NCBI GenBank assembly: GCA_965279375.1
Contig: OZ257156.1
Location: forward strand, 32,001 to 96,000
Direction of reading: 5' to 3'
DNA: 64,000 nucleotides
From: Gemmatimonas sp.
GTDB taxonomy: Bacteria > Gemmatimonadota > Gemmatimonadetes > Gemmatimonadales > Gemmatimonadaceae
Positions 49,276 to 58,026 of this stretch are shown one piece after another. The notes under the pieces were generated by a model. That model was not told where the DNA came from and ran no database searches. It saw only the letters and a list, made by a program, of their open reading frames with translations. How positions within the stretch are numbered: the stretch's first letter is position 1; each line of letters starts with the position of its first letter. The position numbers were made by a program, and so were the translations under genes.

Positions 49276-50880
49276 TCACTCGCTCTGTGTGGACGCGGCC
49301 GCGAGGTCCGCGTTCGCAGGTGCGACGTTCGCAGGTGCGACGTTCGCAGGTGCGGTGTTTGCAGGTGCGGTGTTTGCTGGCGCGGCCGGTTTGGGCTTTA
49401 CCAGCAGAATTGCTCGGCAGGTTGGCGTCGGGCAGCGCACGTTGAGCGACTCCTTGCCGGCCAGCGCTGCCGCGGGAATTCGCATCCCCTCGCTGCACTT
49501 CGCACACACAATGCGGATGGTATCCGCATCGGCGGCTGGCGCTGGTGCGGGAGGCGTAGGAGGCGGCGACGGCGCTTTCGGCGTAACCGTCAACACGGCG
49601 CGACAGTTCGGATTGGGACAGCGCACGTTCACCGGCGCCGTGCCTTCGAGTGCGGTGCGTGGCACACGCATGCCTTCGTTGCACTTCGCGCACACCAGGC
49701 GCACCGTGTTGGGGTCCGGCGGCACCGGCGTGTTGCTCACGCGCGTCGTGGCGTTCGTCGGTGCGCTCTGCGTCGCCGTTCCATTTGCGGCCGCTGCGGG
49801 AGGCAACCAGTGCGTGATGACCGCGCGCCACGCCTGCACATACTCGCTGCGGGCGAACTCGCGCATCAGTCGCAACCGACCGGCGAGATAGGGCGCCGAG
49901 GCCAGCGTCCACTCGGAGAACTGGGTGAGGCTGTCGTCGGCGGCGTCCTCCTGCTCCATCCATGCGTCGTGGTTCATGCGCTGGAGGAGCGGAAACGAGC
50001 GGAACGTCCAGGCCTGCAGCACGCGACGCGCGATCGCTTCGTTGCCGACACACATCACGCCGGCATAGTCGGCGGTGATTTCCGCGTGTCGTGCCCACGC
50101 CATGAGCGGCGCATCGATTGCGTTCTCGATCAGCTTGGCCGGGTTGAGCATCTTGAGCACGCCGTCGCCCATGATGGAGCGCTTCTGACTCCGGCCGGAG
50201 ATGAACTGCATCACCGTCTTCCAGAGCGCGTGTCCGGCACGACAGTGTCCCATCTCGCGCCCCAGCACGAACAGGAGCTCGTCCTCCTTGAAGTTGAGGA
50301 GCACGCTGCCGATGACGATGAAGGCGCTGTTCTCCGTGCCGAGCGTCATCGCGTCCCACATCTGATCTCCCGAGATGTAGATCTCGGGCAGATATGGCAG
50401 TCCGACGATGCGTGCCGCGCGGATGGCGGTGTCGAAGACATCCGGGAGCTGACGTTCGCTCAGACGCAGGCCGTTGACGGCGGACTCGAACCACCGTCGA
50501 CCAACCTTTTCTGATATCGCGTGCGCGGCCTGCGTGAGCGGGCCGAGCGAACGCAGCACGTTCATCGCGTCAGCGTCGAGGCGCCAGAGAAACGCTTCGA
50601 CGGGGAGCGCATAGTCGGGCGCGAGTGGCCGAAGCCAGCGACAGGTGCTGCAGTAGACCTTTGCTGCGGGAAGTCCGGAGCCGTCGCCGTTGCAGGTGGG
50701 ACAGACGTATCCCATCGCGTACGGAGAGTACGCCATCGGCACGGGCGGCTGATACGCGTGTTCGGCGTAGCCGTTGGGTGCGTACGCCGACGACGCGTTG
50801 GCCGTCGCCACCGACGCGCCGCAATGAATGCAGAAGCGCGCGTCGGCGGCGAGCGTACCGGAGCAGGAGGTGCACTGCAC
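49276..50880 (-). CDS. M48 (HtpX/Ste24)-like peptidase domain with four Zn ribbons; HExxH replaced by RExxH
   Basis: LSERQLPDV, P.IYI, DAMTLG, ELLFVLGREMGHCRAGH, WARHAEITADYAG; CxxC pairs at both ends. Confidence 0.8.
   Translation of the reverse strand: MQCTSCSGTLAADARFCIHCGASVATANASSAYAPNGYAEHAYQPPVPMAYSPYAMGYVCPTCNGDGSGLPAAKVYCSTCRWLRPLAPDYALPVEAFLWRLDADAMNVLRSLGPLTQAAHAISEKVGRRWFESAVNGLRLSERQLPDVFDTAIRAARIVGLPYLPEIYISGDQMWDAMTLGTENSAFIVIGSVLLNFKEDELLFVLGREMGHCRAGHALWKTVMQFISGRSQKRSIMGDGVLKMLNPAKLIENAIDAPLMAWARHAEITADYAGVMCVGNEAIARRVLQAWTFRSFPLLQRMNHDAWMEQEDAADDSLTQFSEWTLASAPYLAGRLRLMREFARSEYVQAWRAVITHWLPPAAAANGTATQSAPTNATTRVSNTPVPPDPNTVRLVCAKCNEGMRVPRTALEGTAPVNVRCPNPNCRAVLTVTPKAPSPPPTPPAPAPAADADTIRIVCAKCSEGMRIPAAALAGKESLNVRCPTPTCRAILLVKPKPAAPANTAPANTAPANVAPANVAPANADLAAASTQSE
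49311..49385. repeat. Five tandem 15-bp units encoding PAN(T/V)A
   Basis: cgttcgcaggtgcga-type unit three times, then two tgtttgc(a/t)gg(t/c)gcgg variants. Confidence 0.9.
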
Positions 50881-50886
50881 AGACTA

Positions 50887-51891
50887 TCAGAGCCGCTTGA
50901 GGATTTCGGCCTTCTTCGCGTCGAATTCTTCCGCCGTGATGGCGCCCATGTCCCGCATTTGCGCGAGCTGCTTCATCTGCTCGACGAGACCGGACTCCGC
51001 AGGCGCGGCGTTGGCGGGTGGCTGCGGTACGTGCGGCGGCGGTGGCGGTGGCGGCGCGTACTGCCCCGGCGGCGGAGGAGGTGGTGCGTACGCACCGTTC
51101 GCCTGCGGCGGAGGCGGCGGTGGCGTGTAGCTCTGCTGCGGTGGCGGTGGTGGTGGCGGCGTGTAGCTCTGCTGCGCGCCGGCCGTGGCGCCATAGGTGC
51201 CCATCTGCAGCTGCGAGAGCAGCTTTTCGGCCATCTCCTTGGGCACGGTGCTGGTGAGGCTGTACGCCTGCCATGCCAACGAGGCCGCGCCCAGAATCAG
51301 GATGATGAAAGCGAGGCCGGTATAGATGTTGAGAAAGACACCAAGGATCGTGACGCCGATGGCGATCGTCATCTGCTTCGAGATGCTTTCCGGCTTGCAG
51401 TCGATGCGCACCTGGCTCTGGCGCGGTCCGCTGCCCGTGACCGTGATGTCGCCGACGTACGTGACCTTTTGTCCACCGGTGGTCCAGAAGTCCTTCTTTA
51501 TCACGGAGTACTTGATGGTCTGCGGCGGTGCCTGCCACATCACCTGGCCGTTGATAGTTCCGACGGCCGCGATCGCCTGCGCAAACGCCGTCCCTTGATC
51601 GACGTTCAGGCCGACCTGCACACCGGCGCCACCACCACCGATGCCGCGACTGAATCCGGCTGCAGGCGGTGGAGGCGGTGGTGGCGGTGGTGGATAGTTG
51701 TTCGGCGGCGGAGGCGGTGGTGCCTGAAAACCGTTGGGCGGCGGTGGAGGCGGCGCTGACTGCCCCGCATTGGGCGCTCCTCCGGCGACGAGTGTGCCGC
51801 CGCACCCCGCGCAGAAGCGCGCTTGGGCAGGGTTTGCGGCTTGGCAACGCGGGCACTGCACGGTCGCGGCGGAATTCGGCGGCGCAGTCAC
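50887..51891 (-). CDS. Zn ribbon - polyPro - 2 TM - polyPro - SHOCT membrane protein
   Basis: CPRC..N...ARFCAGCG, two TM helices, C-terminal QMKQLAQMRDMGAITAEEFDAKKAEIL; GTG start with AAGGA RBS. Confidence 0.8.
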   Translation of the reverse strand: MTAPPNSAATVQCPRCQAANPAQARFCAGCGGTLVAGGAPNAGQSAPPPPPPNGFQAPPPPPPNNYPPPPPPPPPPAAGFSRGIGGGGAGVQVGLNVDQGTAFAQAIAAVGTINGQVMWQAPPQTIKYSVIKKDFWTTGGQKVTYVGDITVTGSGPRQSQVRIDCKPESISKQMTIAIGVTILGVFLNIYTGLAFIILILGAASLAWQAYSLTSTVPKEMAEKLLSQLQMGTYGATAGAQQSYTPPPPPPPQQSYTPPPPPPQANGAYAPPPPPPGQYAPPPPPPPHVPQPPANAAPAESGLVEQMKQLAQMRDMGAITAEEFDAKKAEILKRL

Positions 51892-52061
51892 AGATCGGTC
51901 CTTGCGGGTAGTGAATCGGCGGAGGGACGCACACCAGAGAGAGCGCGAAATGGCGCGGCCGAGGCTCATCCATGCGCGACGAGCCACAGTCGACCGCTTT
52001 TGCGCCTTGGGTGGAGACGCGATCGCCGAACGGCGCGTCGTTCCCCAGCCCGGAGCAGGAG

Positions 52062-52997
52062 ATGCACCGACTGCAGCACGCAGCACTCGTCAGCGCGATG
52101 GCCGTCGTCGCCCACGTGAGCGCGCCCCAAGATCTCTTTCGCGACCCGGCGGGGCGCTTCACGCTGATGGTGCCATCGGGCTGGCGCGCCACCCCACAGG
52201 GTGGCGGCGTCGTGATCACCAACGGGAACGTGATGGCGATGTTCTCGCCATTCAGCGGCGTGCGTTCCGGCAACGACGTCGTGGCCGCGCTGAATGCGCA
52301 GTACGGTGCGCAGTGGCGCGATCTGCGTACGATGGATCAGGGGACGTTCAGCGTGGCCGGCCGCCCCACCGCATACGCGGTGTATTCAGGCACCAATCCG
52401 CGCGGAGTGCCGTCCATCTTGCGACTCGCCGGGCTGACCGATTCGCGAGACGGCTACGCCATCGTGATGTCCGCGCCGCAAAGCGAATTCAACGCCGCGA
52501 GCCAAACGCTGCAGGCGCTCGAACAGAGCTTCACTCTTGCCGACGCAGGTGGCGCGGGACCGGCACCCGCGCCCGTTCCGGGCCCGCTTCCGCCACCGAT
52601 GCAGGGAGGCGGTGCGTTAGGCATTCGCGGCAATGGCATGCCGCCGAACGGTGGGATGCCGAATGGCCCCGTGCCAAATGGCCCAGTGCCGAACGGCGGC
52701 GCGCCGTCGGGACGCGCCACCCTCGGCGTCTACACGCGCAACGTCGAGGCGGCCGATCTGCCGCGCATTGGCATCAAGGAGCAGTTGGGTGCTCTCATCG
52801 AGCAGGTCGCACCCGGAAGCGCCGCGGAACGCGCGGGATTGGTGCCGGGCGACGTCATACTCAGCGCGGACCAGCAGACGATTCGTCAGCACACCGAACT
52901 CCAGCGCGTGGTGCAGAGCCATCGGCCAGGCGAGTCCGTGTCGCTGATCCTGATGCGCGGCGGACGCCCACTGACGCTGGCGGTGACGCTGCGGTGA
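52062..52997 (+). CDS. Secreted protein with PsbP/DcrB-like N-domain and C-terminal PDZ domain
   Basis: AGGAG RBS, signal-like N-terminus, FRDPAGRFTLMVPSGW, Pro/Gly/Asn linker, LGVY...GALIEQVAPGSAAERAGLVPGDVI. Confidence 0.8.
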   Translation: MHRLQHAALVSAMAVVAHVSAPQDLFRDPAGRFTLMVPSGWRATPQGGGVVITNGNVMAMFSPFSGVRSGNDVVAALNAQYGAQWRDLRTMDQGTFSVAGRPTAYAVYSGTNPRGVPSILRLAGLTDSRDGYAIVMSAPQSEFNAASQTLQALEQSFTLADAGGAGPAPAPVPGPLPPPMQGGGALGIRGNGMPPNGGMPNGPVPNGPVPNGGAPSGRATLGVYTRNVEAADLPRIGIKEQLGALIEQVAPGSAAERAGLVPGDVILSADQQTIRQHTELQRVVQSHRPGESVSLILMRGGRPLTLAVTLR

Positions 52998-53069
52998 CGT
53001 TGCGGTGAGTCGCGATAGCTCCGCGCAGACGTCGCGGAGCGCGCGCCATCGCAGGAGTTCGCGTCTCAG

Positions 53070-53537
53070 CTACCGCTGTCGCGAACGTACGTATGCCTGG
53101 CGGCGCGATTCCAGTTGCTCGACGGCCGCACGCGGCACCAGCGCATCGACTGCGCCTCGCGCCGAACGTGCTCGCTCTTCGAGGTCGTCAGCGACATACG
53201 ACGGAATCACGACCTGACGTCCGCTTGCAATGACCAGCAGAGAGTCGCCGCCGGCGCCAACCGGTACGTCACGGCGCTCACGCCAGCGCGCGCGAAAGAG
53301 ATCGAGCTGCTCGAACGCGCCGTACAGCCAATCGAGGTGCGTGACGTAGAGCGGAAACGGTTGCGTCCAGACCGGCGCGCGAGGCGCTCCCGGGTCCACC
53401 TGCAACTCGATCAGCCCCTCGGCGCGCGGCCCGATTCGCACAATGCGTCGCCAGTTGTGCGGCGAAGCAAGCGGCGGTGAACTTTGCGTCCACTCCGCAC
53501 GAAAGTCGGCCGGACGCGGTGTGCTTCTTGTGAGCAT
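53070..53537 (-). CDS. Hypothetical protein
   Basis: Globular-looking 155 aa 3' part of ORF 53070..53777 (PLYVTHLDWLYGAFEQL...GRQVVIPSYV). Confidence 0.55.
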   Translation of the reverse strand: MLTRSTPRPADFRAEWTQSSPPLASPHNWRRIVRIGPRAEGLIELQVDPGAPRAPVWTQPFPLYVTHLDWLYGAFEQLDLFRARWRERRDVPVGAGGDSLLVIASGRQVVIPSYVADDLEERARSARGAVDALVPRAAVEQLESRRQAYVRSRQR

Positions 53538-53562
53538 TGTGTGCCGTGTGGCCGTGTGGCGG

Positions 53563-53826
53563 TCAGCTGAGTGGCGTTGTACCGCCCGCGGTGTGCTGCT
53601 CCATCGGCAGCCCCACGTGTTCATCGGACACGCGATCATCCGGCGACATCGGGCTGTGCGCGCTGTGCGGGTCAGCCATCGCGGATTCGTCGATACAGAG
53701 CGGCGCAGGCGCGTCAGGCACGGCCACCGGAATCTCGGCGGTCGCCTCCAGCGGCTTCGGTGTCTCCGCAGTCGCATCGATGACCACGGGGAACTCCGCC
53801 GTCGCGTCGACGATGGGCTCCTGCAC
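53563..53826 (-). CDS. Small acidic hypothetical protein with three (D/E)ATAExP repeats
   Basis: GTG start sharing one base with the upstream TAG; GAAGGGG RBS; repeats with 10-aa period. Confidence 0.5.
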   Translation of the reverse strand: MQEPIVDATAEFPVVIDATAETPKPLEATAEIPVAVPDAPAPLCIDESAMADPHSAHSPMSPDDRVSDEHVGLPMEQHTAGGTTPLS

Positions 53827-54446
53827 TACCCCTTCGTCTTCTGGTTCTCGTAGCTGATGTTCGCGCACGTCATCGACGCGTCGATGGCGGGCGTGAAGTT
53901 GTTCACCAGCTTCATGCTGCTGGCACCGGGCAGAATCGGATCGGAGCAGGTCGACGCGACATGACGGCCATCGTTGCACATCACCACGACGTCGAGGCAC
54001 ATCGTGCGATTGGCCTGCGCCATGTTCTGAAAGCCGCACTGCACCGCGTCCGCGCTCACCCCGGTGCACCCCATGAACGTGACCGAGGTGTCGCCGGACA
54101 GTTCGTTCATGCCGTCCTTCATCTGACCAACGCCGCTGTAGATCGCGAAGGCACCGAGCGCGCCCATCAATCCACGTACGACGAGACGCGCCTTGGGATC
54201 CTTGGGCATCCAATCCATCCGCGACTTCTTCTCTCGCGGCTCAGGCGAAACCGGTGCGGGTGGCGGCGACGCGGCCAAGGTGGATACCAACGGTGTGGAG
54301 GCGGCTGCGACCCAGTCTCCATAGCCCGGCGAAACCAGCGTCGAACCGTTGATGGCCCCTGAGCGGATCAGCGCGTCCATCGCAGCACGCGGCAGCGGAC
54401 CGACGCTCGCGCCGTCCTGCACGTAGTACCACGTCTCGACACTCAT
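53826..54446 (-). CDS. GYF_2 (DUF4339) domain membrane protein with Cys-rich C-terminal domain
   Basis: WYYVQDG...GPL....M..LI.SGAI...TLV..G..DWV; one TM helix; 6-Cys C-terminal domain. Confidence 0.82.
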   Translation of the reverse strand: MSVETWYYVQDGASVGPLPRAAMDALIRSGAINGSTLVSPGYGDWVAAASTPLVSTLAASPPPAPVSPEPREKKSRMDWMPKDPKARLVVRGLMGALGAFAIYSGVGQMKDGMNELSGDTSVTFMGCTGVSADAVQCGFQNMAQANRTMCLDVVVMCNDGRHVASTCSDPILPGASSMKLVNNFTPAIDASMTCANISYENQKTKG

Positions 54447-54676
54447 GACGCCAGCCCCCTCTGCGCGAGCGCAATGGACGCGCGGTGCTGAGTGTACGCG
54501 ATCGATGCGAGCGAGCCGAGCATGGTAAATCCTCCGCAGGAATGAACGCGCCCATCTGGCAGGGAGCGGCACCTCGTGTGATATCTGACAACAAGGCGCA
54601 AAAGTCCGCCGAACAGGCTCACCGACAGATCGCGACGGTTCAAACCCTTATGTCCTCCACGGCGTCCGAGACCGGT

Positions 54677-56149
54677 ATGACATACCGCCCAGCCATCCGT
54701 TGCCCGAAGCGGCGCCCTTCCCGCGCGCGTCCCGCGCTACGCTGTGCCGCGAGCGCGACTCTGCTGATCCTCGCGCAAGTGCCTGCGCTGACCGCGCAAA
54801 CGCGACCGACGCAGCCGGCCGCAAAGCGCGCAGCGACGGTGCGCACGACGTCGGCCCTGCGATCGGCGATCGACTCGACGGCGCGAGCACTGGTCAAGGA
54901 GGGACGCATCGCCGGGCTGTCGATTGCGGTGCTCAGAGGACGAGACACCCTCGCACTGGCTGGCTATGGATCGGCGGACCTCGAGCTGAATGTGCCGACG
55001 CCCGCACGCGCGATCTACGAGATCGGCTCGGTCACCAAGCAGTTCACCGCCGCTGCGATTCTCATGCTTCGCGACGAGGGCAAGCTCTCACTCGATGCCG
55101 ACATCACCACCTACCTACCGGACTATCCGACGCAGGGACATCGCGTGACGGTGCGTCGACTTCTCGACCACACATCGGGCATCAAGGGCTATACAGAGAT
55201 CGAAGCGTTCGAGGCCATGATGCCGCGCGACCTTCCCAAGGATTCGCTGGTCGCGCTGTTCAGCAAGGCACCATTCGACTTCGCACCTGGCGAGGCGGAG
55301 ATCTACAACAACTCCGCGTTCTTCCTGCTGGGGCTCATCATCGAGAAGACGTCGGGGATGACCTATGCCGACTTCGTGCAGAAGCGACTTTTCGACAAGG
55401 TAGGCATGCCGGATTCACGCTACTGCTCCGAGAGCGCGATCACGCCGCGCAAAGCGCACGGCTATGACATGTCCTCCAAGGGTCTCGTGCACAAAGGCTT
55501 CATCGTGCACACATATCCGTACTCGGCCGGCTCGCTTTGTTCGAGCGCTGCCGATCTGCTCACGTGGCTCGTTGCGCTGCACGGCGACCGCGTGCTTCCG
55601 GCTGCGTCGTATCGGGAGATGACGCGCCCCGCCACGCTCTCTGACGGCACCACGCTGCGCTACGGCATGGGACTCGCCCTACACACACTGGGCGGACATC
55701 CGGCCATCGAGCACGGCGGTGGCATCCCGGGTTTCCTGTCGAGCACCGCGTACTTTCCGGCGCACGGGAGTCAGCCCGACATGTACGTCGTCGTACTGCT
55801 CAACACGGCGGGACCCGTGTCCGCCGAGAGCGTGACGAGCCAGATCGCTGAGTTGGTACTGGGCCCAGCGGTACGCGTCGCGCTGCCGTCGCCAACCAGT
55901 GCATCGACGCTCGTCGGCACGTACGCGGGTACGGGACGCGGAGAGGTGCGGACGGTTTCCATCACGTGGGAGAACGGTACGCTCAACGCCGCCGTGGGGA
56001 AGCGACCGGCGCGCGCGCTGCGCTACATCGGCAACGACACATGGGAGATGGACGACACCCGACTGACGTTCACCACCGCTTCCGGCGCGACGCACACGCT
56101 GCGCTACGACACGGCCTACGGCTACTCGATTCTCTCGCGCACGCCGTAG
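54677..56149 (+). CDS. Serine hydrolase, beta-lactamase/AmpC-like peptidase family
   Basis: IGSVTKQF (SxxK), LLDHTSG, YNN (YxN), HGGGIPGF; signal-like N-terminus. Confidence 0.9.
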   Translation: MTYRPAIRCPKRRPSRARPALRCAASATLLILAQVPALTAQTRPTQPAAKRAATVRTTSALRSAIDSTARALVKEGRIAGLSIAVLRGRDTLALAGYGSADLELNVPTPARAIYEIGSVTKQFTAAAILMLRDEGKLSLDADITTYLPDYPTQGHRVTVRRLLDHTSGIKGYTEIEAFEAMMPRDLPKDSLVALFSKAPFDFAPGEAEIYNNSAFFLLGLIIEKTSGMTYADFVQKRLFDKVGMPDSRYCSESAITPRKAHGYDMSSKGLVHKGFIVHTYPYSAGSLCSSAADLLTWLVALHGDRVLPAASYREMTRPATLSDGTTLRYGMGLALHTLGGHPAIEHGGGIPGFLSSTAYFPAHGSQPDMYVVVLLNTAGPVSAESVTSQIAELVLGPAVRVALPSPTSASTLVGTYAGTGRGEVRTVSITWENGTLNAAVGKRPARALRYIGNDTWEMDDTRLTFTTASGATHTLRYDTAYGYSILSRTP

Positions 56150-56898
56150 CCCGACGCACCACCTGTCTGCAGAAACGCGGCATACTCCAGCGGCAGTCCC
56201 GCGTCGATCACGCCGCGCGCCGCTTCATCCACGTCGTATTCCACGCGCACGAACTCGACCTGCGGAGCCCCTTCGCCGATCGTGAGCACCGCGTAGCCCG
56301 CGCGCGGGTCGTGATCCTTGGGACGCCCTACGCTGCCCGTGTTCACGAAGTGCATGCCGTCCACCTCACGATGCCACGGCAGGTGCGTATGGCCAAACGC
56401 TATGACGTCGCCCGCCTTGAGCGAGACCGTCGCCGCCATCTTGCGACAGAAGTCGTCGGAGCGATCAGCGGTCCAGTAGAGCGTGTTGAGTGTGGGTGTG
56501 CCGTGCACCAACACGACGCGAGGGCCTGCTGCATGTCCGCCCAGCGGACGAACGTCGAGCGAAAACGGCAGCGCGCGCAGGTACTGCTTGCTGGCCGGCG
56601 TCACCGTCGCGCGCGTGTACTCGTAGCTGATGTGCGCCAGCTCCTCTTGCCGCGCCGATTCGCTGCGGCATCCGCAGTGCGGATAGTCGGTGGCTACGGT
56701 GGAATCGTAGTTGCCGGCTATGCCCTGAATGCCGCGCTCGCGCAGCAGCGTGATGACCTGATTGGGGAAGTTGGCATATCCCACCAGATCGCCGAGGTGA
56801 TAGGTGCCATCGATATCACCACGTGCGTCGATGTCGGCCAACACGGCCTCGAGCGCGAAGAGATTCGCGTGAATGTCGGAGAGGAGAGCGAGTCTCAT
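56122..56898 (-). CDS. Calcineurin-like metallophosphoesterase
   Basis: SDIHAN, LGDLVGY, GNYD, HGTP, GHTH, NTGSVG; CGC motif. Confidence 0.9.
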   Translation of the reverse strand: MRLALLSDIHANLFALEAVLADIDARGDIDGTYHLGDLVGYANFPNQVITLLRERGIQGIAGNYDSTVATDYPHCGCRSESARQEELAHISYEYTRATVTPASKQYLRALPFSLDVRPLGGHAAGPRVVLVHGTPTLNTLYWTADRSDDFCRKMAATVSLKAGDVIAFGHTHLPWHREVDGMHFVNTGSVGRPKDHDPRAGYAVLTIGEGAPQVEFVRVEYDVDEAARGVIDAGLPLEYAAFLQTGGASGYGVRERIE

Positions 56899-56913
56899 TT
56901 GGCGCTCAGCGGG

Positions 56914-58026
56914 TCAGGTGTTCGCAACGGCATGCGGAGATGCAGCGAAGTACCGCCCCTTCGCCCAGAGTGACGCGTAGACGAGCGCCACCAGCGCAGG
57001 GACTTCGATCAGCGGGCCCACCACTGCGGCAAGCGCCTCGCCCGACGTGATGCCGAACGTCGCGACCGCGACGGCAATGGCGAGTTCGAAATTGTTGCCT
57101 GCCGCTGTAAACGACAGCGACGCCGTGGTTTCGTAGTCGAAGCCGAGCGCGCGAGAGAGCCAGAAGGCGAGGCTGAACATCAGGCCAAAGTACACGAGCA
57201 TCGGAATCGCAATGCGCAGTACATCGAGCGGCAGCGAGAGAATGCGACTTCCCTGCATCGCGAACATCAGCACGATCGTGTACAACAGGCCCAGCAACGC
57301 CGTCGGTCCGATTTTCGGCATGAACACGTCGTCGTACCACGCGATGCCTTTGGCGGATACCAGCGTTCTGCGAGTGAGGTAACCCGCGATCAGCGGCACG
57401 CCGAGGAAGATCGCGACGCTGCGCGCGATCTGTCCCATCGAGATGTTGAGCGCGGCGGTCTCCGCACCAAACCACCCCGGCACGACCGTGAGAAAGAGAT
57501 AGCCGAGCAGCGAGTACGTGAGAATCTGAAAGACGGAGTTGAGTGCCACCAACACCGCAGCGAGCTCACCGGAGCCGCAGGCGAGCGCGTTCCAGATCAG
57601 CACCATCGCAATGCAACGCGCGAGGCCAATCAGCACGAGCCCGTTGCGGTATGCTGGAAGATCCGGCAGGAAGATCCACGCGAGTGCGAACATCACGAGT
57701 GGACCGATCACCCAGTTCAGCAGCAGCGACGTGCCCAGCAACTTGGTATCGCGCAGATGCGGTCCGATCGTTTCGTAGCGCACCTTGGCGAGCACGGGAT
57801 ACATCATCCACAGCAGTCCGATGGCGATGGGCATCGACACGCCGGCAAGCTTGACGCGATCGAGCGTCGCGCCGAGGTCGGGCACCGCACGGCCGAGTAG
57901 GAGTCCCGCGGCCATGGCCGCGAAGATCCAGAGCGGCAGGAAGCGGTCGGTCGTCGAGAGCTTTCCGAGAACCACCGCCTTTGGCACGACGGCTGACGGC
58001 GTCTGACGCGCAGAGAGAATCACCAT
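56914..58026 (-). CDS. acr3: ACR3 family arsenite efflux transporter
   Basis: DRFLPLWI, MMYPVLAKVRY, GLARCIAMVLIW, AGNNFELAIAVA, GPLIEVP. Confidence 0.95.
   Translation of the reverse strand: MVILSARQTPSAVVPKAVVLGKLSTTDRFLPLWIFAAMAAGLLLGRAVPDLGATLDRVKLAGVSMPIAIGLLWMMYPVLAKVRYETIGPHLRDTKLLGTSLLLNWVIGPLVMFALAWIFLPDLPAYRNGLVLIGLARCIAMVLIWNALACGSGELAAVLVALNSVFQILTYSLLGYLFLTVVPGWFGAETAALNISMGQIARSVAIFLGVPLIAGYLTRRTLVSAKGIAWYDDVFMPKIGPTALLGLLYTIVLMFAMQGSRILSLPLDVLRIAIPMLVYFGLMFSLAFWLSRALGFDYETTASLSFTAAGNNFELAIAVAVATFGITSGEALAAVVGPLIEVPALVALVYASLWAKGRYFAASPHAVANT

Noticed and set aside
49311..49385. Regular short repeats as a possible CRISPR array
   Set aside because: 15-bp units are contiguous with no spacers, lie in frame inside a CDS, and there are no cas genes.
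51030..51180. GGC/GGT trinucleotide runs as a possible regulatory microsatellite or G-quadruplex element
   Set aside because: Fully explained by poly-proline codons on the minus strand with mixed synonymous codons.
48542..52273. Long alternative-frame ORFs (48542..49891, 49021..50514, 49211..50494, 50521..51759, 50570..52273)
   Set aside because: Arg/Ala-rich shadow translations overlapping better-supported genes, as expected in GC-rich DNA with few stop codons.
45776..54446. Prophage, secretion system or mobile element as explanation for the island
   Set aside because: No integrase, transposase, terminal repeats, phage structural motifs, FtsK/AAA ATPase or WXG motif recognised.
54677..56149. 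Antibiotic-resistance beta-lactamase
   Set aside because: HGG triad and an extra C-terminal domain fit the broad serine hydrolase/peptidase group; no evidence for beta-lactam hydrolysis.
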